From an uncultured Acidobacteriota bacterium (lineage in GTDB: Bacteria > Acidobacteriota > Thermoanaerobaculia > Thermoanaerobaculales > Thermoanaerobaculaceae): a stretch of DNA of 64,000 nucleotides. This document shows, piece by piece, positions 19,912-29,444 of this stretch. The translations under genes were made by a program, and so were the position numbers. Position 1 is the first letter of the stretch. Every line of letters starts with the position of its first letter. A model generated the notes under the pieces. That model saw nothing but the letters and a program-made list of their open reading frames with translations, was not told the DNA's origin and made no database searches. The stretch covers positions 2,331 to 66,330 of the forward strand of contig CAVTZQ010000002.1 of the NCBI GenBank assembly GCA_963739225.1, written 5' to 3'.

Positions 19912-21693
19912 ATGAGTGAACCACGGACACTGTTGGACTTCTTCGCGCTGTGGCGGGGCGCATCCCCAACGCCTGCGCTCGTGGACGCCCGCGGCGGCGG
20001 CGAGGTCCCCCTGCCGGCGCCGGAGGTGGCGAGACGGGTCGCGGGTCTCGCCAAGGGGCTTTCGGCCCTGGGTGTCGGCAAGGGTGACCGTGTCGCTTTG
20101 CTGTGCGGCGACCGCCCCGAGTGGCACATCGTGGATTTCGCCGTCCTGCACCTGAGGGCGCTCGACGTGCCGATCTACCCAACGCTGCTGGCGACGCAGG
20201 CCCGCGCCATCCTCGCGGACTCGGGGGCCCGCACGGTGGTGGCGGAGAACGCCGAGCAGCTCGCCAAGGTGCTCGAGGTACGGGGCAGCTGTCCCGGGAT
20301 CAAAGACGTGCTCCTCATCGACGGGGATGCGCCACCGGGAGTACGGACGCTGGCCTCGTGCACGATGGATCTCCCGCAGGGCGAGGCGGAGGCGTTCCTG
20401 GAGAGTTGCCGCCCTCGAGTGCAGCCGGACGACCTGGCCACGCTGATCTACACCTCCGGGACTACCGGCGAGCCAAAGGGGGTCATGCTCACCCATGACA
20501 ATTTCGTCTTCGACGCGTCCTCCTCCGCCGGCACCATGGCGTGGCCGGCGGGCGCCGAAACCGCCCTGACCTTCCTGCCCCTCTCCCACGTCCTCGAGAG
20601 GCTCGTGGACTACTGCTACTTCTTGCAGGGGCTCACCGTCGCCTACTGCGGAATCCTGGAGACGGCCGATGCGATGCGTCGCGTGCGTCCCCAGACCTTC
20701 ACCGCCGTCCCGCGGTTTTACGAGAAGGTGTACGACCGGGTCATGCACGAGGTCTCCCAGGGCCCAAAGCTGAAGCAGTCGCTTTTCCGCACCGCGCTTC
20801 AGGTCGGTTTGGAGGGCGTGCGGACTGGCCGAAGGGGCTTTCGGTACAGGTTGTTCGACCTGCTGGTCTTCTCGAAGATCCGCGCCGCCCTCGGCGGCCG
20901 CATCCGGTTCTCCATCTCGGGCGGGGCGCCGTTGCCGGTCTTCATAGGGGAGTTTTTCCATGCCATTGGCGTCAAAGCCCTCGAGGGGTACGGTCTGACC
21001 GAGACGTCGCCCGTGATCACCGTGAACCGTTCCAACCGCTGGAGGCTCGGCACCGTGGGGCCGCCGATCCCAGGCGTCGAGGTTCGTATCGCTCCCGACG
21101 GCGAGGTGCTCACCCGCGGGCGGCACGTGATGCGGGGGTACTGGAACAAGCCCGAGGACACCGCCGCGGTGCTGGACCCGCAGGGGTGGCTGGCCACGGG
21201 GGACATCGGCGAGCTGGACAGCGACGGTTTCCTGCGCATCACCGATCGCAAGAAGGACATCCTGGTCACGGCCGGTGGCAAGAACGTGGCGCCTCAGCCG
21301 ATCGAGAACCAGCTCAACGCCTCGCCGCTGGTCGAGAACTCGGTGCTGTTCGGGGACCGCAAGCCCTACATCGTGGCTCTCATCGTTCCCAGCTTCGAGG
21401 CGCTCGACGTATGGGCGACCAAGCGTGGCGTGCCTGCCACGGACCGCGCGGCCCTGCTCACGCGGCCCGACGTGCTCGCGGCCTTCCAGGAGGTCGTGGA
21501 CGGGGTGAACGCGAACCTCGCGCGCTTCGAGACGATCAAGAGGTTCCGCCTCATTACCGAACCGTTCACCATTTCCGGCGGCCAGCTCACCCCGACCCTC
21601 AAGGTGAAGCGGCGGGTCATCGAGCAGCGGTACGCAGAGCAGCTTGCAGCGATGTACGAGGAGGGCGCACCGGGGACCCCGCCGGAGCAGTGA
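19912..21693 (+). CDS. Long-chain-fatty-acid--CoA ligase (AMP-forming acyl-CoA synthetase)
   Basis: ORF 19903..21693, with ATG at 19912. AMP-binding motifs YTSGTTGEPKGVMLTH, GYGLTETS, TGDIGELDSDGFLRITDRKKD and GKNVAPQPIE. Confidence 0.9.
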   Translation: MSEPRTLLDFFALWRGASPTPALVDARGGGEVPLPAPEVARRVAGLAKGLSALGVGKGDRVALLCGDRPEWHIVDFAVLHLRALDVPIYPTLLATQARAILADSGARTVVAENAEQLAKVLEVRGSCPGIKDVLLIDGDAPPGVRTLASCTMDLPQGEAEAFLESCRPRVQPDDLATLIYTSGTTGEPKGVMLTHDNFVFDASSSAGTMAWPAGAETALTFLPLSHVLERLVDYCYFLQGLTVAYCGILETADAMRRVRPQTFTAVPRFYEKVYDRVMHEVSQGPKLKQSLFRTALQVGLEGVRTGRRGFRYRLFDLLVFSKIRAALGGRIRFSISGGAPLPVFIGEFFHAIGVKALEGYGLTETSPVITVNRSNRWRLGTVGPPIPGVEVRIAPDGEVLTRGRHVMRGYWNKPEDTAAVLDPQGWLATGDIGELDSDGFLRITDRKKDILVTAGGKNVAPQPIENQLNASPLVENSVLFGDRKPYIVALIVPSFEALDVWATKRGVPATDRAALLTRPDVLAAFQEVVDGVNANLARFETIKRFRLITEPFTISGGQLTPTLKVKRRVIEQRYAEQLAAMYEEGAPGTPPEQ

Positions 21694-21810
21694 CGGGACC
21701 GGAAAGGACCCAGACGCCCCGTGCCGTGGAAGCGAGCTTCGGCCACTGCCCGCGCCCTTGACCTCGTGAAGGCGCGCCAGCGCTCCCGCCAACCGTGCGG
21801 GGGGGCCGAG

Positions 21811-22762
21811 GTGCCTTCGTGGGTTGTCCCGATCAGCCTTCCCACGCCGTACCCGATCGGGCCGGTGACGCTTTACCTGCTTGCCGGGGAGCCGTTGACG
21901 CTGGTGGACACCGGGCCGGCGACCGCGGCGGCGTGGGGCGGGCTGCAGCAGGCCCTCGCTGCGCGCTCCCTCCGCCCTGGCGACATCAGACGGGTGCTGA
22001 TCACACACGGCCACCACGACCACTTCGGACTCGCGCACCGGCTCTCGGTGCTGGGGGCGGAGCTGCTGGCCCACCCTCACGACCGCCGCAACCTCGCTCT
22101 TGACCGCAACTACCCCATGCTCTGGCGTCAGCTGGGACAGGCGGGTCTTCCCGTGTTCGAGCGGCTTCCCCTCATCGCAGGTCTGCGCCTGCTCGACCGG
22201 ACCGCGAGGCCGGTTGCGGATGTGACGTGGCTCGAAGGCGGGCCAGGAGCTGCCCCACGAGCACGGGAGGATCCGGGTCCACCACCTCCCAGGCCACACG
22301 CCCGGGCACGTGGGTTTCGAGCTCTGCGGCGAGGGGGTCGTGGTCACCGGCGACACGATCCTGGACGGCTTGACCCCGAACGCGGTGGTAGACACCGATC
22401 CCGAGAACCCCGGGAAGCCGTTTCCGTCGCTTGCCGCCTATGGCGCGACGCTGGCGCGCCTCGAGGCGATGCGGCCGAGGCTGCTCCTCCCGGCTCACGG
22501 CCCTTGCATCTCCGACGTCGCGGGACAGGTCTCGGCACTGCGGGAGAAGCAGGCCCGGCGTGCCGCGGAGGTCCGCGCGGCGCTCTCCGCAGCGCCGTCC
22601 ACCGTTGCCACGCTGATCGCGCGGCTCTTCCCGGGCGTGACGTTCCTTGGCACCTTCCTGGCGTTCTCCGAGGTGCTCGGGCACCTGCTGGAGCTGGAGC
22701 GGCAGGGGGTGGTGCGGCGGGTCAGCGCACGCCGAGGCGAACGCTGGGCGCTTGCTGGTTAG
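21811..22762 (+). pseudogene. MBL-fold metallo-hydrolase interrupted by one extra base near 22246
   Basis: Frame 1 (in ORF 21721..22965) reads VLITHGHHDHFG...DVTWLEGGP. The +1 frame (ORF 22310..22762) continues ELPHEHGRIRVHHLPGHTPGHVGFELCGEGVVVTGDTIL...LLLPAHG. The start at GTG 21811 is approximate. Confidence 0.7.
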
Positions 22763-23537
22763 CTTCCCCGGCGCCGCGGCTCAGGAGCTCGCCCACGGGA
22801 AGGGGCCGCAGGCCGCGGCGGTCGGTCTCGTCAAGCACGATCGGCAAGGCCTCGAGGAGCGGCTGGTCGGCGCGGGAGTTGCCCAGGTGCATCAGCAGAA
22901 TGCTGCCGGCGAGTGGGACCCCGTGGCGTTTCTCGAACTGCAACAGGCGGCGGGCAATCGCCTGAGGGTTCAGGTAGCGGGAGGTGCCGGGCTCCTCCAC
23001 CCAGTCCAGCGCGTCGAGGGAGTCGGTGGTGCCATGCGTCCAGTCCACGTGCACGAGCCCCAGCTCCGCGGCCCAGGCGCGGATAGTGGGGTTGTGCTCC
23101 CCGTACGGTGCGCGCCAGAACCTGGAGGGCTCCCTGCCGGTGACGGCGCGGATCGCCGTGGCGGTGCGCAGGAGCTCGTCCTGCAGCTTCTCGCGGGTGA
23201 TCTCGGGCCGGGTGTCGTGGCGGTGGTTGGTGGCCCAGGTGGTGAGGTGTGGGTGGCTGAATGTGTGGTTGCCGATCTCGTGGCCGTCGCGGGCGGCCCG
23301 CTGGAGGAGTCCCGGGTAGGTCTCGGCGAACCGCCCGGTCACGAAAATGGTCGCGCGCACCCGCCGGTCCCGCAGCAGGATGAGTAGTTCGTCAGCCCCC
23401 TGTGCTTCGGCGTGGGCATCGAAGGTGAGCGCGAAGTACGGACCTGCCTCGGGCACCGCGGCGACGTTTACCGTGGCAACGGCGGGGGGGCTGGCGGCGA
23501 GCAATACCGCGGCAAAGGTCGGTGCGAGGAGGGGCAC
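22722..23537 (-). CDS. Polysaccharide deacetylase (NodB homology domain), secreted
   Basis: ORF track, 271 aa. Signal-like N-terminus, then TFDAH, HEIGNHTFSHPHL, WRAPYGE and LMHLG. Confidence 0.85.
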   Translation of the reverse strand: MPLLAPTFAAVLLAASPPAVATVNVAAVPEAGPYFALTFDAHAEAQGADELLILLRDRRVRATIFVTGRFAETYPGLLQRAARDGHEIGNHTFSHPHLTTWATNHRHDTRPEITREKLQDELLRTATAIRAVTGREPSRFWRAPYGEHNPTIRAWAAELGLVHVDWTHGTTDSLDALDWVEEPGTSRYLNPQAIARRLLQFEKRHGVPLAGSILLMHLGNSRADQPLLEALPIVLDETDRRGLRPLPVGELLSRGAGEANQQAPSVRLGVR

Positions 23538-23604
23538 ACAGGCATTGTAGCCGGTGCGACCGCGCGTTGCGGTACGCTACAATCCCGGCGGGACAAACGG
23601 CACG

Positions 23605-24147
23605 ATGTGGAACCTCCCGAACTCGCTGACCTTCCTGCGCATCCTCATGGTGCCGCTGCTGGTCGTGGTGCTGCTGACGCGTTTCTCGGGAAGCGAGTTC
23701 TGGGGGCTCGGGATCTTCCTGCTCGCAGCCCTGACGGACATTGCGGACGGCATGATCGCCCGCCGCACCAAGGCTGTGACCGTGACGGGGACGCTGCTCG
23801 ACCCGATCGCGGACAAGCTGCTGATGTCAGCCGCCTTTATCTCGCTGGTCGAGCTCGGCCTTGCCCCCGCCTGGATGGTGGTCGTGATCATCGGGCGTGA
23901 GTTCGCAGTCTCGGGCTTGCGGCAGGTTGCCCACCAGCAGGGGGTGATCATCGCCGCCAACTGGTGGGGCAAGCTCAAAACCCTCTCGCAGATCATCGCG
24001 GTCTCGCTGCTGATCGTCAGCTACCAACTCGGGCGCTGGGTCCTGATTGCCAAGGTGGCCTTATGGGTGGCCCTGGCGATGACCTTGGCCTCGCTGGTCA
24101 GCTACTTTGGGGGTTTCTGGCGCCGCGTGGTGGGGACGGGGCGGTGA
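23605..24147 (+). CDS. pgsA: CDP-diacylglycerol--glycerol-3-phosphate 3-phosphatidyltransferase
   Basis: ATG at 23605 inside ORF 23554..24147. MWNLPNSLTFLRIL, and CDP-alcohol phosphotransferase motif DIADGMIARR...G..LDPIADK. Confidence 0.88.
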   Translation: MWNLPNSLTFLRILMVPLLVVVLLTRFSGSEFWGLGIFLLAALTDIADGMIARRTKAVTVTGTLLDPIADKLLMSAAFISLVELGLAPAWMVVVIIGREFAVSGLRQVAHQQGVIIAANWWGKLKTLSQIIAVSLLIVSYQLGRWVLIAKVALWVALAMTLASLVSYFGGFWRRVVGTGR

Positions 24148-26654
24148 GCCTCCGCGGCGCGGCAAGCTTGCCACGCGCGCTCGTCCGGATAGGGTACCGA
24201 TACCCGCGGACCGTGCTGATCGGGATGGCGTTGGTGATCGTGGGGGGCGTGCTGCTGGGCACGCGGCTCAAGTTCGAGACCGACGTGCTCAACCTGATGC
24301 CGCGGCGCGACCCGGTGGTCAGCCAGTTCAGACAGATCCTCGAGGACTTCGGCTCGCTCGAGACCCTCCTGATCGCGGTGCCCGTAAGCGACGAGGACCA
24401 TCTGGAGGGCTCCCTGGCGCTCGTGGATGCGCTCGCCAAGGAGTTGAAGCAGAGCCCCCATCTCTCGGCGGTGCAGGCGCAGCTCGAGGACCCGGTGAAG
24501 CTGGCGGAGGCGGTGCTGCGCCACGCCGTCCTGTTCCTTGACCAGGAGGGGCTTTCGGCACTGCAGGAGCGCCTCACCCGGGAGGGGCTCGCTGCGCGCG
24601 CGGCCGATATCCGCGCTGGCCTCGACACGCCCCAGGGGATGGTTGGCAAGGAGTTCGCGGTCCGAGACCCGCTCGGTTTCCTCCCGCTGCTGCTGTCGCG
24701 CATAAGCCGGACCCCCGCCGCCCTCAAGGTGGACTTTGCGAGTGGCTACTACCTGTCCGCCGATCACAGCCTGGTGCTGATCCTGGCCAAGCCCAACGGT
24801 CCCGCACAGGACATCGACTTCGACCAGGCGCTGATGAGAGACCTTCGTGCCCGCATCGCCAGTGTCCGGGAGCAGTTCGCCCAGGACGAGGAGATCCCGG
24901 TTCAGGAGGTTCCTGAAGTCGAGATCGGCGGTGGGCACCGCATCGCGCTCGAGGACGCCACGCTCATAAGGAAGGACATCACGTCGAACTCGGTCACGTC
25001 GGTAGTCGGGGTACTCCTGCTGTTCTTCCTCGCGTACCGGCGTTTTGCGACCGCGCACTACGCCTTCCTCCCGCTCGCCTCGGGACTCGCACTGACGTTC
25101 ATCTTCGCGGCCGTCACGCTGGGCGAGTTGAACTCGGCGACCTCGGGCTTCTCGGCACTGCTGGTGGGGCTGGGCATCGACTTCACGATCGTGACCTACG
25201 GCCGCTACCTCGAGGGTCGCCTCGCCGGAATGGCGACCGCCCAGGCGCTGGAGGAGATGGCGACGCACACCGGGCCCGCGGTCGTTCTTGGAGCGATCAC
25301 CACGTTCGGCACCTTCTACGCCTTCCTCGCCACGCGCTTTGCGGGCCTGCGGGAGTTCGGCCTGCTCACCGGCACCGGCATCGTGTTCATGATGCTCTCG
25401 GCGTTCCTTATCCTGCCCGCACTGGTCACGCTGTTCGACCGTTCCCGTAGCCCCGCGCCGCCCTCCGCCTGGCTGCGGCTCGCACCGCTGCTGGAGTGGG
25501 CGAAGCGCCACTCCACCAGGGTCCTGGCGGTGGCGGCTGCGGTCACGGCACTTTCCATCGTGGCGCTGTTCTGGCTGCGCTTCGACGATGACGTGCGTAA
25601 CCTGCGGTCACCCTCTAACCAGGGTGTGGCCGTGCAGGACAGGGTGGCCAAGGCGTTCGGGCTCTCGTTCAACGCGATGATGATCCGGGTGGAGGCCGCC
25701 GATGTGCCGGAGGCGATCGCCCGAGTGCAGCAACTGGCGCCCGACCTCGACAAGCTCGTAGATGCCGGTGTGATCTCGTCCTACGAGTCGGTGGCCAACC
25801 TGGTACCGCCGCGGGGCGCCCAGGAACGCGCACTGACCTGGCTCGCCGCCCACCGGGAGTTGACAGATCCGGTACGGGTCAACCGCGAGTTGTCGGCGGC
25901 GCTCAAAGCCGTCGGATTGGTCCCGGAGGCGTTCGCCCCCGGACTTGCCACGCTCGACGAGGCGCTGCGCCCGGAAGGCCCGGTCTCGCTCGAGGTGTGG
26001 CAGGCGACCCCGGTGCAGCAGTTCATCCGGCGGTCGCTGCACCGCGCGGATGGCACGGTAACCACCGTCATCAACGTGTTCTCGCCGCCCGGGAAGTGGC
26101 GGCGCGAGGCACCTCCGGGGCTGGTCGCGCTGGTACGAGGGCTGCCAGGGGCGAGCCTGACCGGGGTCAACCTCGTTGCCCAGCGGCTGCGCCGCACCGT
26201 CTGGCAAGACGCTGCGCTCGCCGGCGCTCTCGGCCTGGTGCTGGTGCTGGGCCTGCTGCTTTGGGATTCCCACAGCGTGAAGTCGGCGCTCATCTGCCTG
26301 TTGCCGGTAGCCACCGGCGTCCTTTGGGCGCTGGGCGTGATGGCGGTGGTCGGGTACCCCCTGAACCTGCTCAACGTCTTCGTGATCACGATGGTGATCG
26401 GGGTCGGCAGCGACTACGCAATCTACATCCTGTACCGCGCGCGCGAGGGACACAGCACCGAGAAGCTCGCCGAGACGGCACGCGCCGTGGTGCTCTCGGC
26501 CCTCACCACGATCGTGGGGTTCGGGACGCTGGTCACGACCCACTACCCCGGGCTCCAGAGCATGGGGTGGATGGCTTCGCTGGGTATCTTCTTCGCGTGC
26601 TTCACCGCGGTGGTGCTCGTGCCGCTCGTCGTGGGAAAGGAAAGGGCGTCATAG
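24144..26654 (+). CDS. MMPL/RND-superfamily transporter (HpnN-like lipid exporter architecture)
   Basis: GTG at 24144 overlaps the pgsA stop (GTGA) inside ORF 23964..26654. It has two 6-TM bundles, each following a large soluble loop. The motifs GLGIDFTIV and GVGSDYAIY are typical of MMPL/SSD-type transporters. Confidence 0.8.
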   Translation: MSLRGAASLPRALVRIGYRYPRTVLIGMALVIVGGVLLGTRLKFETDVLNLMPRRDPVVSQFRQILEDFGSLETLLIAVPVSDEDHLEGSLALVDALAKELKQSPHLSAVQAQLEDPVKLAEAVLRHAVLFLDQEGLSALQERLTREGLAARAADIRAGLDTPQGMVGKEFAVRDPLGFLPLLLSRISRTPAALKVDFASGYYLSADHSLVLILAKPNGPAQDIDFDQALMRDLRARIASVREQFAQDEEIPVQEVPEVEIGGGHRIALEDATLIRKDITSNSVTSVVGVLLLFFLAYRRFATAHYAFLPLASGLALTFIFAAVTLGELNSATSGFSALLVGLGIDFTIVTYGRYLEGRLAGMATAQALEEMATHTGPAVVLGAITTFGTFYAFLATRFAGLREFGLLTGTGIVFMMLSAFLILPALVTLFDRSRSPAPPSAWLRLAPLLEWAKRHSTRVLAVAAAVTALSIVALFWLRFDDDVRNLRSPSNQGVAVQDRVAKAFGLSFNAMMIRVEAADVPEAIARVQQLAPDLDKLVDAGVISSYESVANLVPPRGAQERALTWLAAHRELTDPVRVNRELSAALKAVGLVPEAFAPGLATLDEALRPEGPVSLEVWQATPVQQFIRRSLHRADGTVTTVINVFSPPGKWRREAPPGLVALVRGLPGASLTGVNLVAQRLRRTVWQDAALAGALGLVLVLGLLLWDSHSVKSALICLLPVATGVLWALGVMAVVGYPLNLLNVFVITMVIGVGSDYAIYILYRAREGHSTEKLAETARAVVLSALTTIVGFGTLVTTHYPGLQSMGWMASLGIFFACFTAVVLVPLVVGKERAS

Positions 26655-26857
26655 CCCGCCGGGTCGAGACGCCCTGACTGATAGGGAAGTGAGGAACGCT
26701 GGAACCCGAGCCCGACAGCGGACAGCAAGAGACACATGGGGTCGGGTGGCCCGGGTACGCAACCGGGGATTTTCATGTGCTCGGTCACGAGCGGGCACGG
26801 CGGCATTGGCTGTCGGCAGTGAGCTGTAGGCTGTAAGCTCGGTAGAGGGGGTGGGCG

Positions 26858-29242
26858 ATGGCGCGAGAGCTTGCTGCGCATGAGCTGCGGTGGCGGTGCC
26901 CTGAGGACTGGCTGCCGGCCGAGTCGACAGCCAAGATCGAGCCCTCGCAGGGGATCATCGGGCAGGCGCGCGCGGTGCGCGCCCTCGAGTTCGGCCTATC
27001 CGTGCCGTCGCTCGGCTTCAATGTCTTCGTGACCGGCCTCACGGGCACCGGCAGGATGACTGCCATCGAGCTCCACCTGCGGCCGCTGGCGGGCGATGGT
27101 GAGCCGCCCGACGACCTGCTCTTCGTCTTCAACTTCGCTCGTCCCGAGCAGCCCCGACTCCTGCGCCTTGCCGCCGGACGTGGCGTCGTCCTCCGCGACC
27201 GCCTGGAAAGGCTGCTGCGCGACATCTCCAAGGCCCTGCCGAGCATGTTCGAGGGGGAGGAGTTCCAGCAGCGTTTGGAGCTTGCCCTCGAGGACCTCAA
27301 GACCAAGCAGCAGGAACTCATCAAGGGTTTCGAGCGAAAGGTCCGGGCGGCCGGTTTCACACTCGTGCAGGTCCAGGTCGGATCGGTCACCCGGCCGGAG
27401 ATCCTACCGCTGGTGGAGGAGCGGCCGGTGACGCTCGAGAAGCTTCAGAGCCTCGCGGAGGAGGGCAAGTTCGACCGCGACAAGGCGACCGCGCTCGAGC
27501 AGGCGCACGGCAAGCTCTCCGAGGAGCTGCAGCGAGTCTTCCACGAGGTCATGGTGATGCGCGAGGAGATGGTGTCGCGCGCCGAGGAACTGCGCCGCGC
27601 CACCGTGGACCCACTGCTGAAGCAGGCGCTCTCCCAGGTCGCGCGGGCGGTCAAGGATCCCCGCGTCTCTCCGTACCTCGACGAGCTGCTGCAGGACATG
27701 TTGGAGCATCTGGAACTGTTCGGCGCCCACGACGGCGGCGAGGAGGGCGACCCGCTGCTGCGCTACCGGGTCAACGTTGTCGTGGACAACGGCAACACCA
27801 AGGGAAGGCCGATCATCATCGAGACCGAACCCTCCTACAACAACCTCTTCGGCACGATAGAGGCGAAGGTGGGGCAGAACCTGCAGTCCACCTCCGACCA
27901 CATGCGCATCCGGGCCGGGTCGCTCTTGCGCGCCAACGGGGGATTCCTGGCCGTCAACGCCTTCGACGCGGTCTCCGAGGCCGGTGTGTGGCCGGCGCTC
28001 AAGCGCGCCTTGCGCTACCGGCGCGTGGTGATCCGGCCTCGCGACATCCTGTTTGCGATCTCGGGGCAGGCGCTCCAGCCGGAGCCGGTCGAGATGGACG
28101 TCAAGGTCGTGATGATCGGGGACCGCGCCCTCTACGACCTGCTGCACGACGCCGACGAGGAGTTCCGCAAGATCTTCAAGGTGCTTGCCGACTTCGATAG
28201 CGAGATGCCCAGCGGGCGCGAGCAGGTGCAGGAGTTCCTCGCACTTATGGCCAAGATTGTGCGGGACGAGAAGCTTCCCCACATCGACCGCGGTGGGATG
28301 ACGGCCCTCGTCGAGGAGGCGGTGCGCCTGGCGCGCAACCGCAGGCGGATCTCGGCGCGGTTTTCCGACGTCGCCGACATTCTGCGCGAGGCTGCGTTCC
28401 TCGCGGGTGGCAAGCGGAAGAAGACGGTCGGAGTCGAGCACATCCACGCGGCGGTGCGGGCGCGACGCGATCGTCACTCCCTACCGGAGGAGAAGCTCAC
28501 CAAGTACATGCTCGACGATGTGCTCGTCGTGGCGACCGAAGGCGCGGTGATGGGCCAGGTCAACGGCCTCACCGTCTACGACCTGGGCTATCACGCCTTC
28601 GGGCTTCCAGGCCGGGTGACGGCGCGGGTCTCGCTCGGGCGCGAGGGCGTGATCAACATCGAGCGCGAGGCGCACATGTCCGGCAGCGTCCACGACAAGG
28701 GCGTGCTGATCCTGTCCGGGTTCCTGCGCGGGATGTTCGCGGCAGAGATGCCGTTCTCCATGACAGCCTCGATCGCGTTCGAGCAGTCGTACGGGGGCGT
28801 GGAGGGCGACAGCGCCTCCTCCACCGAGGTGTACGCGATCCTCTCCGCGCTCTCGGGGATCCCGATCAGGCAAGACCTTGGGGTGACCGGCTCGGTGGAC
28901 CAGAACGGGTGCATCCAGGCGATTGGGGGCGTCAACGAGAAGATCGAGGGGTTCTTCTCGCTGTGCGCGCAACGCGGCCTTTCGGGCACCCAGGGTGTGC
29001 TGATGCCGGAGGCAAACGTCGACGACCTGCAGCTCGACCCCGAGGTGGTGGCAGCAGTCGAGTGGGGCGGATTCCATGTCTACCCACTCTCGCGGATCGA
29101 GGAGGGGATCGAGCTGCTGATGGGCGTGCCCGCCGGCGTGCGCGGTCCCGACGGCACCTATCCGCCGGAGTCCGTCCTCGGTCGCTGCGCCGCTCGACTT
29201 GCCGAGATGGCCGAGCAGCTCCGCCACTACCGCGGGGTTTGA
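26858..29242 (+). CDS. Lon-like S16 protease of the LonC type (AAA-like domain with degenerate Walker motifs plus long helical insertion)
   Basis: ORF track, 794 aa. Walker-A-like GLTGTGRMT (Arg where Lys is expected, nt 27035-27061). Walker-B region GGFLAVNAFD lacks DE. The C-terminal Lon protease domain has GVEGDSASS (Ser) and GGVNEKIEG (Lys). Confidence 0.8.
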   Translation: MARELAAHELRWRCPEDWLPAESTAKIEPSQGIIGQARAVRALEFGLSVPSLGFNVFVTGLTGTGRMTAIELHLRPLAGDGEPPDDLLFVFNFARPEQPRLLRLAAGRGVVLRDRLERLLRDISKALPSMFEGEEFQQRLELALEDLKTKQQELIKGFERKVRAAGFTLVQVQVGSVTRPEILPLVEERPVTLEKLQSLAEEGKFDRDKATALEQAHGKLSEELQRVFHEVMVMREEMVSRAEELRRATVDPLLKQALSQVARAVKDPRVSPYLDELLQDMLEHLELFGAHDGGEEGDPLLRYRVNVVVDNGNTKGRPIIIETEPSYNNLFGTIEAKVGQNLQSTSDHMRIRAGSLLRANGGFLAVNAFDAVSEAGVWPALKRALRYRRVVIRPRDILFAISGQALQPEPVEMDVKVVMIGDRALYDLLHDADEEFRKIFKVLADFDSEMPSGREQVQEFLALMAKIVRDEKLPHIDRGGMTALVEEAVRLARNRRRISARFSDVADILREAAFLAGGKRKKTVGVEHIHAAVRARRDRHSLPEEKLTKYMLDDVLVVATEGAVMGQVNGLTVYDLGYHAFGLPGRVTARVSLGREGVINIEREAHMSGSVHDKGVLILSGFLRGMFAAEMPFSMTASIAFEQSYGGVEGDSASSTEVYAILSALSGIPIRQDLGVTGSVDQNGCIQAIGGVNEKIEGFFSLCAQRGLSGTQGVLMPEANVDDLQLDPEVVAAVEWGGFHVYPLSRIEEGIELLMGVPAGVRGPDGTYPPESVLGRCAARLAEMAEQLRHYRGV

Positions 29243-29245
29243 TTT

Positions 29246-29444
29246 GCCCCTCGGGTGAAGCGGCGCCTCGGGCCTTGCGCGTCCCCACGCGCTGCGGCCC
29301 GAGACTCCTTCGGCCACGACCCAGCAGCGCGCCTCGTCGCCGTGACCCTCGCGGTTCGGCCTGCGGCTGCCCGCGTCTCCCGGCGCCGATCCGTGCGCTG
29401 GGTCCCCGCGGCCTCCGGAGAGATTGCCGCTTCACCCGAGGGGC
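29246..29444 (+). mobile_element. Copy B of the repeat family: 199-bp MITE-like element with perfect 19-bp terminal inverted repeats
   Basis: GCCCCTCGGGTGAAGCGGC at 29246-29264 and its exact reverse complement at 29426-29444. The internal blocks are shared with copies A, D and E. It begins 4 nt after the Lon-like stop codon. Confidence 0.8.

Noticed and set aside
19663-22395. Very long ORFs with no homology lying antisense or out of frame to clearly assignable genes: 19663..22395 (-, 910 aa), 605..1990 (+), 10611..11993 (-), 34363..36237 (-), 34314..35885 (-), 56822..59035 (-), 61487..63172 (+), 47668..49005 (-), 39966..41426 (-).
   Set aside because: They are Arg/Pro/Gly/Ala-rich, which is typical of stop-codon-poor alternative frames in high-GC DNA. 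Each overlaps a gene with strong family motifs on the other frame or strand.
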